DNA of 64,000 nucleotides, taken from the NCBI GenBank assembly GCA_045837725.1, contig JBEWZL010000003.1, positions 496,001 through 560,000 on the forward strand, read 5' to 3'. Position numbers and translations under genes: made by a program. Below the pieces are notes generated by a model that saw only the letters and a list, made by a program, of their open reading frames with translations, had not been told where the DNA came from and searched no databases. This document shows, piece after piece, positions 1 to 10,815 of this stretch (position 1 is its first letter; the number at the start of each line of letters is the position of its first letter). This DNA comes from Vermamoeba vermiformis. Its lineage: Eukaryota.

Positions 1-881
1 TGCCCAATGGCACTGCTGGTCCACGCATGACTTTGCCTGGCAACTCCAGTGGCTCCATCAGTCCGCCAGGCTCACCTGTGGTCACTGCGCACAACGCTCA
101 GCCTCCTCAACAGCCTTTGCAACCACTCAATCCTCAACCGACTAGCCCGCAACAAACAGCTCCGAATGGCATTGTTAGACCTACTTCGCCTCAACCAACA
201 GCCCCGCAGACTCAACAAACTCCTGTTCAAGTTGCGGCACCACAACAACCTCAGACCACTACACCGCCACAAGTCCACACCCCACCCACTGCTCAACCTA
301 CTCAAACTGCTCCGCCTCAGCAGGTTGTGGCCCAAACTCCACCTCCTCAGACTGTTGCCCCTGTGCAAGAAGCTTCACCTCAGGTGCAGCCACAAGCACA
401 GCAAGAGGTTCAAGCACAACCTCAACCTCAACCTCAACCTCAAACGGCGCCTCAACTTCAACCTCAAGCAGCGCCTCAAGTCACTCAACCGCCCCAGACT
501 CCTCATGCACAGGCCGCTCCTGACGTGTTGGATCCGGCCACTATTCGTCCGTTCAAGCTCGAAGACGCCCTCAATGTGTTGGGCCAACAGTTCCCTGGTG
601 TTCCACTCGAGCAATGGAACTACTACGACGAGAAAGGTGCTGTGCTCGGCACTCCTTCGAACGTGCAGATCTCGTACGTGAAGAAGGGTCCCAGTTGCTA
701 CTTGTGCGACATCAAGCCTCAAGTTGCTGTCGCGGATGTCGGCACACTTCTCAAAGTGGGCACGTTGTATCGCTCTGTGAACCCTCAGGACCGCTTGGCA
801 TGCGTGATTATCACCCCGAACATCACGCCCAGAGCTGAGGAGATCGCACAGAGATACTACATCAAAGTCTACAAGATCTAG
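1..881 (+). CDS. 3' part of a Pro/Gln/Thr-rich protein ending in a DUF3782-like PD-(D/E)XK-fold domain (probably 5'-truncated by the window)
   Basis: ORF 27-881. A low-complexity PQ tract is followed by QWNYYDEKGAVLGTPSNVQISYVKKGPSCYLCDIK...VADVGTLLKVGTLY...ACVIITPNITPRAEEIAQRYYIKVY. This resembles the archaeal/bacterial pattern W.YYDE.G.V.G.PS.VE.D...ExK...DV..L.R...LY. A paralog lies at 48665-50189. Confidence 0.7.
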   Translation, partial: PNGTAGPRMTLPGNSSGSISPPGSPVVTAHNAQPPQQPLQPLNPQPTSPQQTAPNGIVRPTSPQPTAPQTQQTPVQVAAPQQPQTTTPPQVHTPPTAQPTQTAPPQQVVAQTPPPQTVAPVQEASPQVQPQAQQEVQAQPQPQPQPQTAPQLQPQAAPQVTQPPQTPHAQAAPDVLDPATIRPFKLEDALNVLGQQFPGVPLEQWNYYDEKGAVLGTPSNVQISYVKKGPSCYLCDIKPQVAVADVGTLLKVGTLYRSVNPQDRLACVIITPNITPRAEEIAQRYYIKVYKI

Positions 882-987
882 AGTGGCTTGAGCACGTTGT
901 TTTGTGCGAGTTCTGCGTACGGAACAATAAACCGCTAGTTGTATCTCATTTCTATTGTTATTTATTACAAGTATGTACAATTAAGAG

Positions 988-3900
988 TTATTTGCGACGG
1001 TACTGCGTGTCGCCGTCTTTCTTCGGGTTATTATTGTTGTCAGGGTGCGTCGTCTTTTGTCGCTTGTAATTCGGCTGTTGCTCGTTGTTCCTCTGACCTT
1101 CATTACCCCTGTGATAGTTGCCTCGATTGTTGTTTTGCCCATTGTTTCTCTGTTGACCTCGGGGCGGTGGAGTCTGCACTGTGTATTGTACAGGCTGTGG
1201 CTGCTGTGAATAGTTCGCATAGCCGTAGTTCTGGCCGTAAAACATTGGTTGCGCGTTAAACTGTGGTGGGAAGTTCGGATTAAAATAGGCATTTTGAGCA
1301 CCATATTGTGGATTTAATACAGGTGGCAGTGAATAGTTCTGCGACGGCTCGTACTGAATTTGTTGTTGCGGGAGCTGTTCAAGTTGCGCTTGTTCACCAG
1401 CGTTGCTAGTCTGTCCGTACCGCTGAGAATTATTCCGTTGATTGTTGTCGTAATTGCTGTTGTACTGCTGACGTCTATTGTTATAATAATCAGATCTGCC
1501 GCCTCTGTCCTGTTGGTCTCGTCGCTCATATCTATTGTTGTTACTATAGTCAGTTCTGACACTTCTGTCTTGCTGCTCTCGGCGTTCGTGTCGTGTGGTG
1601 TTTGAAGGGGGCTTGTACGTGGCCAAGTACTTGACAGGACTGGGCTCAAAGACGTCTTCATTCGACCAGTCAACCAAGAACACATTCGTCAGTTCAGGCG
1701 AGTCCACGTGATACACAATTGCCACAAAATACACGCTGGTGTCTCGCTCTACCTCCGCAATGTGTTTTCGTACTTTGAGCTGGTTGTCGCTGATTTCAAT
1801 TTGTCCGTTCCAGTCCTTTGCAAAGCCTTTGACTTCAAAGTAACATTTCTTCGCTTTTTTGTTTTGTGAGCGGTCTTGCGTGAATAATTGCAGCGTGTCA
1901 ATTAACACAAAATCATAGCCCGCCTTCTCGTTGATGTTGCTCGTGCTGTTCGGATACACCGCAGTGCGTGAGCCAGACACCCAGCTGACGTACGGATTGA
2001 ACGCTTGACCGTATTTGTTGGCGAGATAGGCGCAGAAGAACTTTTCAGCGTCATCACCGATACGTTTGGCATCTTGTGGCGTGAACATGTACGGCCGTTC
2101 ATCCGTGGTCAAGTGCGGGCACGAGAATAGATCGCTGCGTGCATCCAACGATTTGATGCGTTCAATCATGGCTGGATCTGACACCGCCAATGGACTCAGT
2201 ACGTCATCGAATGAAACAATCTGATTGCTGCCACTCGCGTCTTGTTCTACTCGTTGATTGTCGGCAAAGTAGTGGAAGTTCTGTGAGAGTGAGCCTTCAG
2301 CTGGTGTTGGGAACACAACGAGCTCCGTGTCAAACTCTTCGGGCTCACTCGACAGACTCTTCGACCACGCAATGTTTGAGTCAGCGGTGCACTCCTTCAG
2401 TGCCTTGAATGCGTGCTTCTGGGCCTCTTCTTCGCTCCACGTGACATTCTTGCGTAAGAGCATGTTTGTCAGCGCACTCGAGATGATTGACATGCGCGCG
2501 GAATGTGGCAGGGTCTTGACAGCGCAGTAGACGAGAGTGTCATCGCAAATCAGATAAGGAATGTCCGATTTGATCATCACTGACATGACGTCATTGCCAT
2601 CGATGACACCTGTCGTTGACAACGAGCGCAAATGTGAATAGACAATACTGCACGGAATGTATTTGACTGACAGCACTGTAATGTCTTGCTTTCCAAGTGC
2701 GTGCTGAAACGCTTCAGAGACTTGTTGTAGCTTGTATTCAATATTAGCGCCAGTGTGGCCCAACGTGACTACTGAGATTTGTTCAATGTACTGGACTTGC
2801 AGGGCTGTCATTGCGCGCGGACAGTTGATGGCAATGGTCGGGTGCACAAACGGCACTGGATCAACGTTAGACACGCTCTTGATGATGGGATCTTGCAAAC
2901 AGGAACGAATGTTCTTCGTGTCCTTTAAAAACACGAGTCGTTTGGAGTGCAGCGGAATGGGCAAGTTGCCTGACAGAGTGCCGGGCGAGCGATGAAGATT
3001 GCGCCACGTCCAGTTGTGCAAATAAAGAGGATTGTCTGGCTCGACAGTCTCGACAGCACCTTTCGTGGATAATTGTTCATGACGCTTCAATGCCATTTCG
3101 AGCAATTGATAGGTCGCGATGAAGTCCTCGAGGCCGTCATTTGACAGGAGTGACATTTCGCTTCCCACGGGCAAGAAGTACTTTTGATTCTTTGCCATTT
3201 CATTGAGTGCTGCACATATGTCTGCAACAGGTGGGAATGTGTGACTGCCAAGTGTTCGGAGGAGTGAAACGAATGGGAGATAGTTGTTGTTGGCATTTAA
3301 ATTGATGAGCGATTTGTTCAGTGTCTTGCACACAAGAGTGACGGCGCCGTTGTTGTTGTCAATGTTGCACAAATAAATATCTTGTGGTGCGGCAAATCGT
3401 TTGTCGTCGTCCAAGTACAGCAGCGGTTGACTGGCGTAAACAGAATCGACCTTGTCATTGCCCAAAGTGTTTTTGAGTCGCCACAGCCATTCAGTATACT
3501 TCTCAGTGTTTGTATTGTTAGTGCGCGCAAATGCTGTCAAAATCTCCAACGAGTTAGTGGCAGTGGTAGTGCTGCACACTCCAAGCATGTCTGCGACTTT
3601 GCAAGCGTGCGGCGGGACTTCAATCGAGGGCAAGGCATCGCGGAATACACTGGCATTGGCAACTTTTGAGATTGGCAACTGCGAGCCATCGCTGAGTTTG
3701 ACAATCATGTTGCGGATCAAAGGAGTCATAGGGCTGTCGTTGGAGTAGTACGTCAATATTTGCTGTCCAAAAGTAGCTGCTTGTTCGCTCCAGTTTGCCA
3801 ATGGATTGAGTTCGAGACTAGGTGCTGGTTTGATGCTGAGCAAGTTGACAGGAGGCACTGCATTCATTTCTAAGAAAAACCACTCCCAGTGCATGTCATC

Positions 3901-6900
3901 TTCAAGACTCTCAAACTTGCCTCCGTAAGGATAAGCAACAGAGGGCATGACATGCTTAGAGACATCAGTGGTTAACAATGTCGGCACTGTCAATGCTGAG
4001 AGGATCATTGGGACTTGAGTGCTTGACGGTACAAGCAGCACTAACTTCAATTTCTCGATCAGATCTTCGGTCAGTTCAAGCAAGTGGTCTCGAATGTAGG
4101 TCAAGTCCTGCCACAGCAAAGAGGTCTCTTCGGTAGTTTTGTTGATCGCAGCTTGTAGATGAATGTTGCTGAGCAATTCTACAACTCTTTGCGGGACTAG
4201 CGCTGTCAAATGTAATTGTCCTTCTAAGAGATGTTTTTCGCTGGATGACGTATAGCAAACAACATTGAAGTCATGTCTCCATGGTTTGATGATATTAGTG
4301 GCTGGTGACACGAAGCAGTATTGGTCGTTCATAGGCCCGCGTGTCTTGCCAAACAAAAATATGGGAGCTTGTTTGATCTTAGTCGCGTACTTGTCAATCG
4401 TGGTCAAAGGCAGTCCATTGAAAAGTTTGAACAGATTCTCCCACCACACTTCTGTTTGATTGTTTGCGTAGTCCTTGAATCCACTATGGTCGAAGCAGTC
4501 GAGTACATCGATAGCAGATAAGCGTCGGACATAGCTTGAAATCAATTTGATCTTCTCCGAGTTCAATTGCGCACTGTCCAACAGCTGCACATTGGAGTAC
4601 TGCTCGATGAGTCCAGCAGGCACAACGTCCAAGACTTTGTTGTCGGGCATCACGAGCTCTTTCTTGTTGTGACCCGAAGCATCGCTCGACAGCAGCTTCT
4701 TCAACCGCTCGTCCTTAAGTACTGCGTGCACGTTATCTACAAACAGACTCCACCAGCGAGACATGGCAGGGTTGTGCTCTGGAATGAATTCCCAAGCATG
4801 AGCGTAGATACTGGGATGATTCAATAGCGCCCATTTGAGCATCTCTGCAGCGGTGTCGCGAAGGTATCTGTTCCACGCTTTGTCTTGGATACTTTCTCGG
4901 TTAGTAACGAGTATCCAGTCGCATTGAAGCAAAAACTTGAAGCCAATGTCACTGACAGGCAGGTACGCGAAGATTGGGAATGTTTCGTCCTGTCGCAAGT
5001 CTTTCACGAGCGGGAATGCAAGCATTATGTTGGTCTCTGAAGCCCTTTGCTTATCTTCGGCGACAATGTCAGCGGGAACGTGTACATCCGCTTTGAGCAC
5101 GTGGAACTGTTGAGAACTGGTTTTAGACTTGTCGCTCTCGCTGATCGTGGTGGTGACACGAAGATCTTGTTGGTAGTTCTGAACGGTGAGAGCTCCAGCA
5201 GGAAGTGAGACAATATTGGACGGAACTGTGCACGAAACAACGGTATGTTGAGCATTGAGTCGATCGATTATCGTAATCTTCTTCAATTGCTTCAAGGTCA
5301 ACAAGACGTGCTTGTCGAGCGATCTGTAAACGTCGTCGTAGAACTCTCTGATATTGCTCTGAACGCGCTTCATCAAGGGCAAATAGATGAATGTTCGGTA
5401 CTCCTGATGTTTGAGCACTGCCTGGGACAGCTCAGGCGGGAACTGTTCTGAAGCTAGCCACAGCGGAGTGATGTACGCCATTTCATCCTTCTCGGGTGTC
5501 TTGTTGAAGCAGAATTGCCAAGGACCTGACACGATAATCGGCGCATTCGTAACAGAAAACACAGACTTGAAGCCTAGTCCTTTTTGACCGATGTGCGCTC
5601 CACCAGTCTTTGTGCTGACCGACAGATTGCATAGTGATTCAACGTCACGCGCCAAGAATCCGCACTCGTTACACGCAAACAGGATGCTGTCTTCATTGAG
5701 CGTAATCAACACACTTGGTGTGGTGCCAGTCGAGTACTGGTTGTCGTCTGCATTCTGAATCAGCTCGTTGATGAAGTGTGAGCTCAGCGAGTAAAGATCA
5801 GGTCCGAGTTGGCGCAGTGAGCCGCAGATTGTCTTGCGTAAGGTCTTCAAACTATCGCGCTTTTGTTTCAGGTTGTCGATGAACCTAAGCGCTGCTTCAG
5901 GTGACACTTCGGTTGGGTCGGTGATGTCGAGGAGAGGATCACGTTCTGGGCTTTGATCTTCAACTTGGGTCGATGACTCAATTACTGTGCTTGTTGAAAC
6001 CTTCACTACTTCGCTTGAGCTGTGTAATTGTGGTTTGATCAGCTCTGCTCTCAATCGTGCCAATTCAGCTTGTAACTGAGACTTTTCAGCGTCAGCTGCT
6101 TCCTTCAACTTCGTCATCTTTTCAAGCTGTTCAGCTAGTTCCACATTTTGTTGCTTCTGTTCGGCAAGTTGCAGAGTGACCTCCTCTCTCGACAGTCTAT
6201 CAAGTTCAGTCTTGAAAGCATCCTGTAAGGACTTCGTTGACATAAAATCACGTGCTGACGACGGTTTTTTCCACCTTTCTTCAAGATCTCTCCAAGATTG
6301 AAGTAGATCGATTAATTTGCTCTTTGTGTCAATTTGCATCGTATCCTCGACCTTGGACGTGTCTTCTTTCATATCCACCTTCTCCTTGTTTTCCTCGAGC
6401 TCACTTTCTTCGTCTTCTTCATCGCTGTCACCTCTGACGCTAAATATTTGGCTTCGTTGCGTCAACTTCAAGACTTGATTGAACAGCGCGACCACAATTC
6501 GAAGTACTCTATGATTGGCCTCTTCTTTGATAAGTTGGCTAATGCAAGAGGAAACATTCTCGAGCAGCGATTGCAAGTCAACCTCGGCTACTATTGCCCT
6601 GGTACCCCACTTCAGGATGGCATCAATACTGCCGTAGATATTGCCCGCAAATGAGGGGTAGTACTTGTTGGCTAAAGCAGCGTACCGAATCAGCTTGTTG
6701 ACATCGTTGCTCGAGAGGTCATTGCATAGATCATGCACACCATCGATCAACAGCTGTAGCACCAGAGCTACATCCCGGTTAGCAAACAGGGCAAGATATC
6801 GTTTTGCAATGGCGTTGTCTTCTTCTGATTGGGGTGTAAATGTCTCTATCAGCTCCATCGTAGAAAAGATAGTGTCACGAATGGCGTGTACAAAGGAGAA

Positions 6901-8106
6901 AGCGTTGTCTTGTCCCAATTTCTTTTCAAATTCTATCACTCGGTAGCTGTAACGCAAGTGATCATCTCGCAGTGCCCCACTCGCCAATGAACACCCATAC
7001 GTGCGTAGCATGAGGCTGCTCGTTGACAAAAGTGTTTGGGATAGCCTCCAGAACTCGTCAGTTTCGAACATCTCTGGTGCAAAGTACAAGTGATGCGCTG
7101 CATGCTTGATGACACGACAAAGTCCACATAGCAGGTACTCTTTGATGTCCTTTTGATCTTTAGCGGTCATATTCAACATGTTTGAGAATCGATCAGTCAT
7201 AACAGCCAGGTCACCGGGTGTAGAAGTTGGATTGGCTCGGTATTCCTCTGTCCATTTAATGGCGATCAAACAAAGTATCTGACAGTACTTGAGATAGTGT
7301 CCTTGCCAATGAGCTTTGCGAATCAGGATCACACGTTGCATTGCATTTTTCTCTTCGCGCCATGAAGCAGTACCAGCGATAACTCCGTAAAACAAGTGCA
7401 GCATTTGTTCTTGATCTTCAGCCGAGCCATTGGTCAGCACATTAATTGTCTGTTTGAGAAGTGCTTCCGCTCGCTTGTCTAACAACCTTTTTGATTGCTG
7501 AAGGATGCTGATTGCTTCACCTTTGTTTCTCTTTCGTTCAGGCTTGAGTGTCTGATTGACACGTGTCATCGCAGTCGTTGGATTGGGTCGTTTGTTGCTC
7601 TCGATGTCATCCATGATATAACTTATTAGCTCAGTTTGCGTAGAGAAGTCGTCGTCTGAACTGTCAGCAAACCAAATTCGAGAGAATAGTTGTGGATCTG
7701 CTTTCAAGTGGGCCAAGAATTCTTGTGCCCAGTCAATGTATGTTCGCCAGGCTTCAGAATATACCTCTGGCGCAGTTTTATCCAATAACGAGGCTTTGTG
7801 ACAAGTGTCTTCCTCGGACCAAAAGAAAACAATGCGGATCTGCTCGCTGCTTAATCCAAGAGATTTCAACTCTTCTACTGTGATCTTTGGTGAACATACA
7901 AATGGTTGTGTCTTTTCTATCGTGCAGGCATCTTCCCACTCAGCTTTGAGCGATTCCAAGTCCTCAATTCTGGCTGCAGACGTGGTGAAAAACGATGCAT
8001 GTTCATGATTGCGATGGTGCGGCAGTGAATAAGCCAATCGCCGTCGAGCCAAACTACATGGAGCACCAACTAATAGTACTAAACGAGGCTTCTTGTCGGA
8101 TTCCAT
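988..8106 (-). CDS. Intronless 2372-aa Sacsin/NO VEIN-like GHKL ATPase with a C-terminal DUF3883 (NOV C-terminal, restriction-endonuclease-like) domain and an N/Q/R-rich tail
   Basis: Single ORF. GHKL motifs HFINELIQNADDN, NECGF and STK..IGQKGLGFKSVF are present, plus PIFAYLPV...GFKFLLQCDWILVTNRESI typical of NOV-like proteins. The C-terminus has RIGDDAEKF...GYDF...YFEVKG...ISDNQ. Confidence 0.9.
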   Translation of the reverse strand: MESDKKPRLVLLVGAPCSLARRRLAYSLPHHRNHEHASFFTTSAARIEDLESLKAEWEDACTIEKTQPFVCSPKITVEELKSLGLSSEQIRIVFFWSEEDTCHKASLLDKTAPEVYSEAWRTYIDWAQEFLAHLKADPQLFSRIWFADSSDDDFSTQTELISYIMDDIESNKRPNPTTAMTRVNQTLKPERKRNKGEAISILQQSKRLLDKRAEALLKQTINVLTNGSAEDQEQMLHLFYGVIAGTASWREEKNAMQRVILIRKAHWQGHYLKYCQILCLIAIKWTEEYRANPTSTPGDLAVMTDRFSNMLNMTAKDQKDIKEYLLCGLCRVIKHAAHHLYFAPEMFETDEFWRLSQTLLSTSSLMLRTYGCSLASGALRDDHLRYSYRVIEFEKKLGQDNAFSFVHAIRDTIFSTMELIETFTPQSEEDNAIAKRYLALFANRDVALVLQLLIDGVHDLCNDLSSNDVNKLIRYAALANKYYPSFAGNIYGSIDAILKWGTRAIVAEVDLQSLLENVSSCISQLIKEEANHRVLRIVVALFNQVLKLTQRSQIFSVRGDSDEEDEESELEENKEKVDMKEDTSKVEDTMQIDTKSKLIDLLQSWRDLEERWKKPSSARDFMSTKSLQDAFKTELDRLSREEVTLQLAEQKQQNVELAEQLEKMTKLKEAADAEKSQLQAELARLRAELIKPQLHSSSEVVKVSTSTVIESSTQVEDQSPERDPLLDITDPTEVSPEAALRFIDNLKQKRDSLKTLRKTICGSLRQLGPDLYSLSSHFINELIQNADDNQYSTGTTPSVLITLNEDSILFACNECGFLARDVESLCNLSVSTKTGGAHIGQKGLGFKSVFSVTNAPIIVSGPWQFCFNKTPEKDEMAYITPLWLASEQFPPELSQAVLKHQEYRTFIYLPLMKRVQSNIREFYDDVYRSLDKHVLLTLKQLKKITIIDRLNAQHTVVSCTVPSNIVSLPAGALTVQNYQQDLRVTTTISESDKSKTSSQQFHVLKADVHVPADIVAEDKQRASETNIMLAFPLVKDLRQDETFPIFAYLPVSDIGFKFLLQCDWILVTNRESIQDKAWNRYLRDTAAEMLKWALLNHPSIYAHAWEFIPEHNPAMSRWWSLFVDNVHAVLKDERLKKLLSSDASGHNKKELVMPDNKVLDVVPAGLIEQYSNVQLLDSAQLNSEKIKLISSYVRRLSAIDVLDCFDHSGFKDYANNQTEVWWENLFKLFNGLPLTTIDKYATKIKQAPIFLFGKTRGPMNDQYCFVSPATNIIKPWRHDFNVVCYTSSSEKHLLEGQLHLTALVPQRVVELLSNIHLQAAINKTTEETSLLWQDLTYIRDHLLELTEDLIEKLKLVLLVPSSTQVPMILSALTVPTLLTTDVSKHVMPSVAYPYGGKFESLEDDMHWEWFFLEMNAVPPVNLLSIKPAPSLELNPLANWSEQAATFGQQILTYYSNDSPMTPLIRNMIVKLSDGSQLPISKVANASVFRDALPSIEVPPHACKVADMLGVCSTTTATNSLEILTAFARTNNTNTEKYTEWLWRLKNTLGNDKVDSVYASQPLLYLDDDKRFAAPQDIYLCNIDNNNGAVTLVCKTLNKSLINLNANNNYLPFVSLLRTLGSHTFPPVADICAALNEMAKNQKYFLPVGSEMSLLSNDGLEDFIATYQLLEMALKRHEQLSTKGAVETVEPDNPLYLHNWTWRNLHRSPGTLSGNLPIPLHSKRLVFLKDTKNIRSCLQDPIIKSVSNVDPVPFVHPTIAINCPRAMTALQVQYIEQISVVTLGHTGANIEYKLQQVSEAFQHALGKQDITVLSVKYIPCSIVYSHLRSLSTTGVIDGNDVMSVMIKSDIPYLICDDTLVYCAVKTLPHSARMSIISSALTNMLLRKNVTWSEEEAQKHAFKALKECTADSNIAWSKSLSSEPEEFDTELVVFPTPAEGSLSQNFHYFADNQRVEQDASGSNQIVSFDDVLSPLAVSDPAMIERIKSLDARSDLFSCPHLTTDERPYMFTPQDAKRIGDDAEKFFCAYLANKYGQAFNPYVSWVSGSRTAVYPNSTSNINEKAGYDFVLIDTLQLFTQDRSQNKKAKKCYFEVKGFAKDWNGQIEISDNQLKVRKHIAEVERDTSVYFVAIVYHVDSPELTNVFLVDWSNEDVFEPSPVKYLATYKPPSNTTRHERREQQDRSVRTDYSNNNRYERRDQQDRGGRSDYYNNRRQQYNSNYDNNQRNNSQRYGQTSNAGEQAQLEQLPQQQIQYEPSQNYSLPPVLNPQYGAQNAYFNPNFPPQFNAQPMFYGQNYGYANYSQQPQPVQYTVQTPPPRGQQRNNGQNNNRGNYHRGNEGQRNNEQQPNYKRQKTTHPDNNNNPKKDGDTQYRRK

Positions 8107-8460
8107 TCAACACTGTGTCAGAGAATTAGCCGAGAAAATTCAAAAAATCTTATTTAGTTAATTATTACCTAGGAAAATAAGACGTGTATTTATTATTCGG
8201 ACCTAGCAATTTTTCAAGTACGTTGAAGAGGCCTAAACGAATGACGACTATTATTATCTTAATTCTTTGGTTCTTTGCGTGCGTTCTATGTACTTACGAA
8301 GTTCAATGGGTCATATATATTGCAATTTGACTATTCAATACATTGTTGTTCGTCGGTCGTAGGTGCTGGTCGCAAATAAGCTCGTGACACTTTTTTCGCA
8401 TTCATAATTTTTCTTATTTGAAAACAACAAATCTTGTAATAGAATATAGACATATTGAAA

Positions 8461-9367
8461 ATGAGTGTTTTGAAGGCCATGTTTGACCCTGTGGCTTTAA
8501 AAATGCCAGATCTTAAGAAGGAGGAAATAGACGTCCAGCTGCAAAAAAGGTGCCAGTATGTTGACGGTGCAGTATTTGTTAGTACTGCCACAGCAGGTGC
8601 TTTAATTGCGCGAAGCTTTTTTGCCAGACGAGGTAATTTTTGAATTTTCAAAGTTAATAAAATAATTACAAATAATTCACCACAAATTACAAATTTAATA
8701 TGGTTGAAAATATTAACATGACTATTGTATAGCCGGAGCTAGTGCGCTATCCAAATTAATGTTTATACTCGGTAAGTGAAAATTTTCAAGTTGAAATTGC
8801 ATCTGACTTTCTTTCAGGCACAAGCTTTGTATTTTCGTTAGTGGGCACACAATGGAGTATTAGTTATTGCTTTAAGCGAGTCTTAAGTACTCCTGAATCA
8901 AAAGTTGGCCAGCGTCTGCGCGAATTGTAAGATCTCACAGAAATTTGCTTAAAAAAACCTGCTATGGTGTACTGACAATCTTCTGAAGGTTAATTATGCG
9001 TGGGGAAACTCCTTCGCGCACAACACTGCTTGGAGACTTAACAGCTGGTCGCGATCCAACACACGTACACACCGTCAACGAGGTACTTTATCAACGTCCT
9101 GGCTCTGAAGCAGCAACACCTGCTGGTCAGGCACAACAACCGCTCAATACACCCTTATCCCCCGTACCTAACTTCAATACGCCTGCAACCCCTGCGCAGC
9201 CCGAACAAGTCTATCGTCCTTTGATCACACCGCAGAACATTCACGCCAATCCAGTGTGGCAAGGCATTCTCTCGCACGAATATGTCCCTGTCCCGGCCGA
9301 CAACGAAACGAGACGTGCGACATCAGAGGCCGCACATCGATTGCCCCCTGTGCGAAATCATATATAA
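8461..9367 (+). CDS. Small hypothetical protein with hydrophobic segments and a Pro-rich tail (multi-exon)
   Basis: ATG at 8461. GT-AG introns near 8632-8732, 8772-8818 and 8927-8989. The last exon corresponds to ORF 8996-9367. Confidence 0.55.
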
Positions 9368-9452
9368 GTACATTTATTTCTTTGTAATGCATCCGCTGGA
9401 CATTCAACTTGTACATAAACCACGAAACTGTTTCATATCAATGGTGGTCTAT

Positions 9453-10673
9453 TCAAAGGTATTTGGCAATGTCAGAGGCGACGGAGATGACAGTGAAGGG
9501 TTCTTTGTCCTTCAAGAAGTTAGCCATCTTGGGGCAGGTGTCCGTGATCCAAAATTTGTCGAACACGCTCTTGCCCAAGAACTTCTTCCAAGCCTCTTGC
9601 GGGAAGATGGCGTGCACACCAAAAGCAGCCACAGCAGTGGCTCCGTGGGCCATGAGAGCATCACGACAAGCGATCATAGTACCACCAGTCTGAATCAAGT
9701 CGTCGATAATCACGACGTACTTGTCCTTGGGATCACCGTCGCTGATCGTCACGATTCGTTTGTTGTCAGGCGTGCGCACTTTACCGCACACAATCACGTC
9801 GAAATCTCCGTGGAAAAACTTGCCAAATCTGAATTAGACGAGGTTAGTAAGGATAGTTATTGTATTTTAGGTTGCACGAACCTCTTAGCAGCGCCATCGT
9901 CGGGGAAAGCAACGGCGAATGTGCCAGGGTGGCTCTCTTTCAACTTCAAGAGCTCTGATTTGAAGATAGGAATGGTAGAGACAAGCTTGGCAATAGCGCC
10001 GTCGTGGAAGTAGAATCGATTTTGCAAAGTGTGCAGATCGTAACTGAAAAATGAGTGATTACCTAATTTGGAGCTGCGGAGTTACGATATGGTGTAAGCT
10101 TACATCAATAACTTGATAGGACCGCCTCTAATTTTAGGCATAGTGCTAAAGAAGTGTGCGTCGACGTCGGCGGTAGCAATCACACCCTCACCTCCAGCAT
10201 CCAGGCGCTCCATAGTAGCCGTTGGCGAGAATGGAAGGATAACAGTCAACGTTTTAATATGACGACGAGTAAGCACGTAGATGGCGCTCAGCTGACGTAA
10301 TTTTTCTTCGTTGGAGGAGAAAGACGCAAAGAAGATAACATGCCTGTTCTCCGTTCGTTCGATCTCACCGAAACTTGAGCTCTAAAATTCTTATTAATTA
10401 CTATCATGCACAATAATGGATAGGCTAATGATATTTTGATTACAAATTTCTAATTTTTGAAATTTAAATCCGCAGTTTTTAAGTCTTCTTAAGAAATTTA
10501 AAATCAATTCTGACCTCGGTTCCATCGGGCCAAACACCCCACTTCATAGGTAAGATGTCGAAAGGAATTGCTGGGTGAAGCTTGATAAATGCATCTCTTG
10601 TGCGCTGACCGATATCGGCCATATCAAGGGAGCAATACGCTACATAACCACTCTTGGGTACTGCGACTGACAT
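9453..10673 (-). CDS. PRS: Ribose-phosphate pyrophosphokinase, class II (plant PRS3/PRS4-like), multi-exon
   Basis: Spliced motifs WPDG, PFSPTATMER..EG.IATA, DLHTLQNRFYF, VAFPDDGAAKRF, VVIIDDLIQTGGT (PRPP-binding motif), FGVHAIFP and FWITDTCP. Confidence 0.92.
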
Positions 10674-10815
10674 TGTAGATGATTGGTAAGACTGAAACAA
10701 ATGATGAACAGTTTTCACCAAATTTTTAGGCTTGCTGCACCCAAAAATAGATCCGGAAGCCGGGAATTCTGCTTTTGTGAGCTCATATCAGTCTTTATTT
10801 ATTTAGTAATACAGG

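Noticed and set aside
49-1304. Alternative-frame and antisense ORFs (49-681, 72-368, 375-980, 939-1259, 981-1304)
   Set aside because: They are shadows of low-complexity coding sequence in the two real genes.
988-8106. Bacterial contamination or a chimeric contig
   Set aside because: The protein has a eukaryote-style low-complexity tail and composition similar to neighbouring exons. It lies within a continuous run of eukaryotic-type genes with no operon features.
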